Origin: an uncultured Planctomycetia bacterium
GTDB lineage: Bacteria; Omnitrophota; Gorgyraeia; Tantalellales; Tantalellaceae
Assembly: GCA_964451815.1 (NCBI GenBank)
Contig: CAYVIW010000076.1
Location: 6,210-70,209 of the forward strand
DNA: 64,000 nucleotides
Reading direction: 5' to 3'
A model generated the notes under the pieces. It was not told where the DNA came from and searched no databases. It saw only the letters and a program-made list of their open reading frames with translations. The translations under genes were made by a program, and so were the position numbers. Shown one piece after another: positions 61,701-64,000 of this stretch (positions are counted from its first letter, which is position 1; each line of letters starts with the position of its first letter).

Positions 61701-62656
61701 TAGAACTCTTTCAGCGATATGCGCTTTGTCTTGAACTTCACCGTAGTTGAGACAAGCTCTCTCATCTCCGCCGATGAGAGGATGGACTTCATGCGGTCAA
61801 TAAGAACGGTCCTCTCGGCATTGGCCTTTCGGAAATCAACGCTATCTTCCTTCTCCATGGCCTGAGCTATCAGGTAGATATTCGGGAAGGTCTTAACCGA
61901 AATACCCCTTTCCCTGGCGTTCTTTATCATAAAAGACAGGTATTCCCTGAACTCCATGTTGCCGGCCTTGTAAGAGCTGTAAGCCATGTCCATTTTCAGA
62001 AGGTCCGGTGTAAATATGTGACGTTTGAGATTATTAAAGATATGGCGCAGCTCCTTAAGGTACCCTTCTACCTCTTCCTTATAACGCAAAGAGTCGCGGT
62101 ACACCGCCAGGTTTTTCAGGTAAAGCTCTCTGTCCTCTATGCCCCATAGAGACACCCTGTCGAGGTTGTTTATGGCGTAGAACTCGGCTCCGTTAACCTC
62201 GCCCCTTTTCAGGAAATACTCTGCCACCTCGCGCCGTATCTCACCGCCCGAGATATTAGTGAAAACCGTAAGATCGTACTCCCCGGCTCCGCCTTCGAGG
62301 TTCAGCATGCTAATGCCATATTCCTTGTTTAGATAATCTATTACTCCGGATACCTTCTGCTGCGCGAAATAGTTACAATGCGCGTCCTGGATATGTATAA
62401 CGGTTCTCGCGGCATCACCCCTTTGGGAATACCTGACCTCTCCGAGATGCGCGGGCATGGTAAAGGTCTCAACATCCAGCGAGGCGTACCCTCCTGGGGA
62501 ATGAAGATCTTCCAGATCAACGTCAAACATAGCGTCCGACGCACCGAGCATAGCCTCCGAATCAAGAGTCAGACAGGAGATAAAGAAAACCGCGGAGACC
62601 GCGATCGCCGTCATCCTCATAAATATCCCTGTCTTTTTTCCGAAGATCATCTTCAT
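55748..62656 (-). CDS. Giant predicted secreted multidomain protein of 2302 aa. It combines an N-terminal signal peptide, a TraB/GumN/Tiki-like domain, a eukaryotic-like Ser/Thr protein kinase domain, a long alpha-helical region, an HExxH (HEMIH) zincin-like motif and an unassigned C-terminal domain.
   Basis: A GGAG ribosome-binding site precedes the ATG at 62656, and the N-terminus is a hydrophobic signal sequence. TraB-like motifs include IIMTGGFH…GY. The kinase region (about 59100-59900) has the Gly-rich loop LGKGGFASVYG, the VAVK lysine, HADIKPDN and GDFG. ALAHEMIHG lies at about 56762-56790. Confidence 0.7.
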   Translation of the reverse strand: MKMIFGKKTGIFMRMTAIAVSAVFFISCLTLDSEAMLGASDAMFDVDLEDLHSPGGYASLDVETFTMPAHLGEVRYSQRGDAARTVIHIQDAHCNYFAQQKVSGVIDYLNKEYGISMLNLEGGAGEYDLTVFTNISGGEIRREVAEYFLKRGEVNGAEFYAINNLDRVSLWGIEDRELYLKNLAVYRDSLRYKEEVEGYLKELRHIFNNLKRHIFTPDLLKMDMAYSSYKAGNMEFREYLSFMIKNARERGISVKTFPNIYLIAQAMEKEDSVDFRKANAERTVLIDRMKSILSSAEMRELVSTTVKFKTKRISLKEFYNYLLGKARECGFDISGYPALSGYIVYVSLFDAVDRFKVMEELDDLERAVKEPLFRSDTERELDILSRNLALTDNIFKIMLTKNDFAYYKSNKDSFSAERFLKFIAREGPRYGITARPSPGISRLDNYLAEIMMFYEYSFARDEAFVENMLFSEVPAGGEAAIIMTGGFHTENLCALFEEQGYSYVSIMPKFTMEKDYVNPYFDLLAGQTADIQQMLSSALAQSSMMQIASMLNNLGEDVWGAEGLDNWRTSVVLRSFILKERGLEALQAGIAGIDVSDTELSVKIKGMEDSPVVVSRRALMDAVHQQYVDAEMEKLPEGAFNDIGDIEGIMAKLKNWLGEAGLGAVADEIDILAVGKNSQGESLARTVEGISFRGHAGGRGIRINADLTGDERDAVILHEIIAGIYGDHFFAERVEEAFLRGETEVDLSRVPDLLDKPVWSMTDEERRTARRDYLARRPAVETPVDPLDLTLDEAIAKKAPWLKKVISSKTPELTPQQWEDLFRIVFSRDLTRMTNEQLQAELELLSAIVFPEVTEKSSETGFFPDREIGQVLSDVLINQQSDSPPRIGSELTLEVSQIPKNWKWIMGYSGNKIDFNFYRNPFRFQNRFLGKGGFASVYGAKIGDEKKEVAVKIFDRQHYYDSDATVVDPAGTGNNFLMNNVSRIREVLVMRYLSGNRGTIGIIESGSFEGADGRKHDYLVMEHGGKSLRSFLDELKTQGRELNPRQKEQIIHQLVQIVRSLHEKGVIHADIKPDNIFVTLDDAGNPKIKLGDFGIALYDPEGKGVEMAATKGTPGRLPREATESRIYGQKTDLYGLATTIFDIAYGKSLREHLEDKKYEGDHHNRVKNAVKDLSKGETPADSDDTFLSDLGKFVSLLLDEDPEKDIIRDSAKANVEFRKFLGQGTADALISGLDKNSKIAIWAMYIALTEGENMNEVQRNKKLRDLLEVEEPEVTAEMVNDLNSAFVGEAGETRINSWLEELKNIAEGPDFRELGLNRKSVNETIEKLKSRNLEEAWSYLGGWFADKEAMGQLREKVGERIGSLEDVEKVTAYINAIAVELESGRIMIGDEDSEYLLNLLESDPIDAGNMEQLLKPKEDLRPDSVSQLFMYLLYNGYHGELSFEQQIDLLFGTFEKRLLPAFIGATSVEDIDEILSSENPITPELINAVVLTAGFEGGWVEEVIKKMATDHLAGNIAGDIVAQLISQGEEATEEQVLTIIDNLFRKAYYLREHILAEEKKAEEKKAEGKKRLIVRDWSMFYQLLAQEGVYPRHMWNSIADNFINPALAAEGGLLAHDNISLFLQQHEQQKMDLPKAARFAKNYVEKGGVEEALDVRDTGQLILHVLLSGQGHFATNMLEVPDEQREELMRLFNEHYRLDQELSDKKLSEEKGRFVTGQAGLLEMKAPGEWSTVFTWLEMGAYLLPGLDTMATVEDKEAHADQLIETMQKANYFKRLLADHGEDWIFEPKYIKVFEKPGRLERKEYERLLSPAASDLAPVAGNIGKFMGSDGQLKTEGFTTREENGFLVVSHKDPGAEVSTEVKVRITPESPDLSGLAETLEDLMKPKDGIPSTLTEDERKEILKIIQEITDKKITVKAIAMDERVMGHFGVIEGERVIYLNQELLGMKSPKAKAHAMALAHEMIHGSPGLAVSGINAHTVAKGVGEEPRIGLEVMIERGVMDFDRALNIGDEGFINELNKTQKEIELRELTRDEENLIKHNFEKIRDQKIDFNIAGRIGPSIFLYGLQDHMDPAGNLALTTEIRFMQDNVRKGVRNIVCNENDNYYSESTTERYGRKMSRKYTREGINTSYHSFDGKLVEKMLERVIDEMLKSEKQFPAALINCVNEATRDQVNSLLDTEKFRDFKSRIKVSFSQNEGSASHFENIPRLLHFATQSLNYTRLKVHFGMEQDDPFMRYLASEMIEHFGRAGYLDMGVVSQYRENPAELLAKLFTGALVVRITLINYEEIRDYISAMEAVYTSL

Positions 62657-62977
62657 ATCCTTCTCCGTTATCCTAAACTCTCCGCCATTTGCTCTTCCCC
62701 GCCGTTCTTCCCCCTAAACACTTTGTAAATGTCTTTAATAAGCCAGGATACAAAAACCCCTTGGCCTAACTTAATGTAAATCCGCGTTTTACGGCACCTG
62801 CCATAGTTTTCCCTGTCCATATATAGTTTATCTCCATATATTGAACTTGGCAAACTTTAATCCTTGCTTTTTTAAATGCTAACAAAAGACCTCTTTTCTC
62901 GCCAAATATTAGTTTCATGCCGCATCTTCTCCATTCTTTGTTTTTGCTCGTAACTATATGCCATGCCATCAAACATT

Positions 62978-64000
62978 TTATAGAGATCTCCTCACGGCCA
63001 GAAAAGTTTCATGTGTCTCCCTCCACCTCTCGAGGTTCTTTCTTTCCATTGCCGGCAAAGCAGTTATTCCTTTCAGAAAATTATTGACCACGACCATGGG
63101 CTCACCCTCAAATACGCTTGAGTTAGGGGCCATGGTCACCGACCTTATGTGTGAAACAATACGCCCGGCAACCGCCCTTGCACGCTCATGATCTATTTTG
63201 CCGTCAGGTCCGTCCAATAGCCTGTCATAGTTAAGGAGCTCCCTGCCGATATCAGCGTGATGCATTTCGTTCACCAGGCCGGTGGGATCCATTCCATCTA
63301 TTTTGACTATCCGCACTCTGTCTTTATATGGAAGATCCAGCCCCTCAAGCGCGCTTACACCTAGATCGTACTTATCGTGCGGTATAAAGACTATTGCCCG
63401 AGCATCCTTTTCGGGTGCTCTCGCCATAGCATTACCCATCTGAACCAATGTGGTCCTGAAAGTTTCTTTTAAGTTGTCTTCAAGCATATCTTCGTCATAA
63501 ACATATCCGTTTATACGGATGTCGCCTGTGTAGCCTTGAGACCTTCTATACTCCCTGGATATAGCGGAGGTCACAGCTGTTTTTTGATTGCTCGGCCTGG
63601 CCTTATCTCTGTGGGTCGGCGTTATTATCCAATCGGCAAACCCGTTATTGATGTCATCGGCAGCGTCGAGAGCCGCTCTCATCTGTACGATCATCTTCTG
63701 GTCCAACGGGTCAACTGGAATATCCCTGTAGGCAAGATCTTCTCCGACAGACGCGGGTATTTCCGTAATGGTTGCGACCATGTCCTCCCCGACCGGGGCG
63801 GCGATTTCCTGGGTAGTTATAGCGCCGGGAACTGACATTCCGGCATCTTGCGGGACCCCGGCCGGGGAAGCCACATCCTCTCTAATCTCTTCCAACACTT
63901 CATTGTTCAGCCTTTCTATGACATCGGCTTGAGGCCATCTTGTTGCCGACAAATACCCCTTCTCTTCAAAGTGAGATAATGCCGTGCCCTTCCCTTCCCT
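62978..64000 (-). CDS. Hypothetical protein, partial; the ORF remains open to the end of the window and its N-terminus lies outside.
   Basis: The reading frame contains no stop codon between 62978 and 64000, and the track's start at 63952 is a TTG. I could not assign a family. Confidence 0.5.
   Translation of the reverse strand, partial: REGKGTALSHFEEKGYLSATRWPQADVIERLNNEVLEEIREDVASPAGVPQDAGMSVPGAITTQEIAAPVGEDMVATITEIPASVGEDLAYRDIPVDPLDQKMIVQMRAALDAADDINNGFADWIITPTHRDKARPSNQKTAVTSAISREYRRSQGYTGDIRINGYVYDEDMLEDNLKETFRTTLVQMGNAMARAPEKDARAIVFIPHDKYDLGVSALEGLDLPYKDRVRIVKIDGMDPTGLVNEMHHADIGRELLNYDRLLDGPDGKIDHERARAVAGRIVSHIRSVTMAPNSSVFEGEPMVVVNNFLKGITALPAMERKNLERWRETHETFLAVRRSL

Noticed and set aside
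62668-62972. Two overlapping small minus-strand ORFs of 61 and 68 aa, upstream of the giant gene.
   Set aside because: They overlap each other in different frames within AT-rich promoter DNA. Neither shows a ribosome-binding site or a recognisable motif.

Overview
This 64 kb window is bacterial chromosomal DNA, almost entirely transcribed on the minus strand, and most of it is densely packed housekeeping genes. In order along the minus strand these include uvrB (partial), nadC, a pseudouridine synthase, valS, a citramalate/isopropylmalate synthase, and an aspartate-pathway cluster. That cluster reads lysC, a cofactor-independent phosphoglycerate-mutase-like gene, thrC, hom, followed by tRNA-Pro(GGG) and gpsA. 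Next come plsY, der, pgsA, lepB-lepA, a phosphohexomutase, rpe, two proteases, ruvX, and a contiguous his-trp supraoperon (hisDBHAFI-trpEGDC-trpB2-trpF-trpBA) preceded by recA-alaS. Further along are pncC/cinA, thpR, smc with a small MerR-like gene in front, an acd-etfBA module whose EtfA carries a ferredoxin domain, and fabG-acpP-fabF.

The right-hand ~11 kb (53.1-64.0 kb) looks accessory:
- A lone plus-strand GH1 beta-glucosidase with an elaborate repeat operator.
- An aldo/keto reductase.
- A 2302-aa predicted secreted giant protein combining a TraB/Tiki-like domain, a eukaryotic-like Ser/Thr kinase domain and a HEMIH zincin-like motif, sitting in visibly AT-richer DNA.
- A partial hypothetical gene running off the window.

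I found no CRISPR array, rRNA or recognisable transposase. The other leads are described in the findings.
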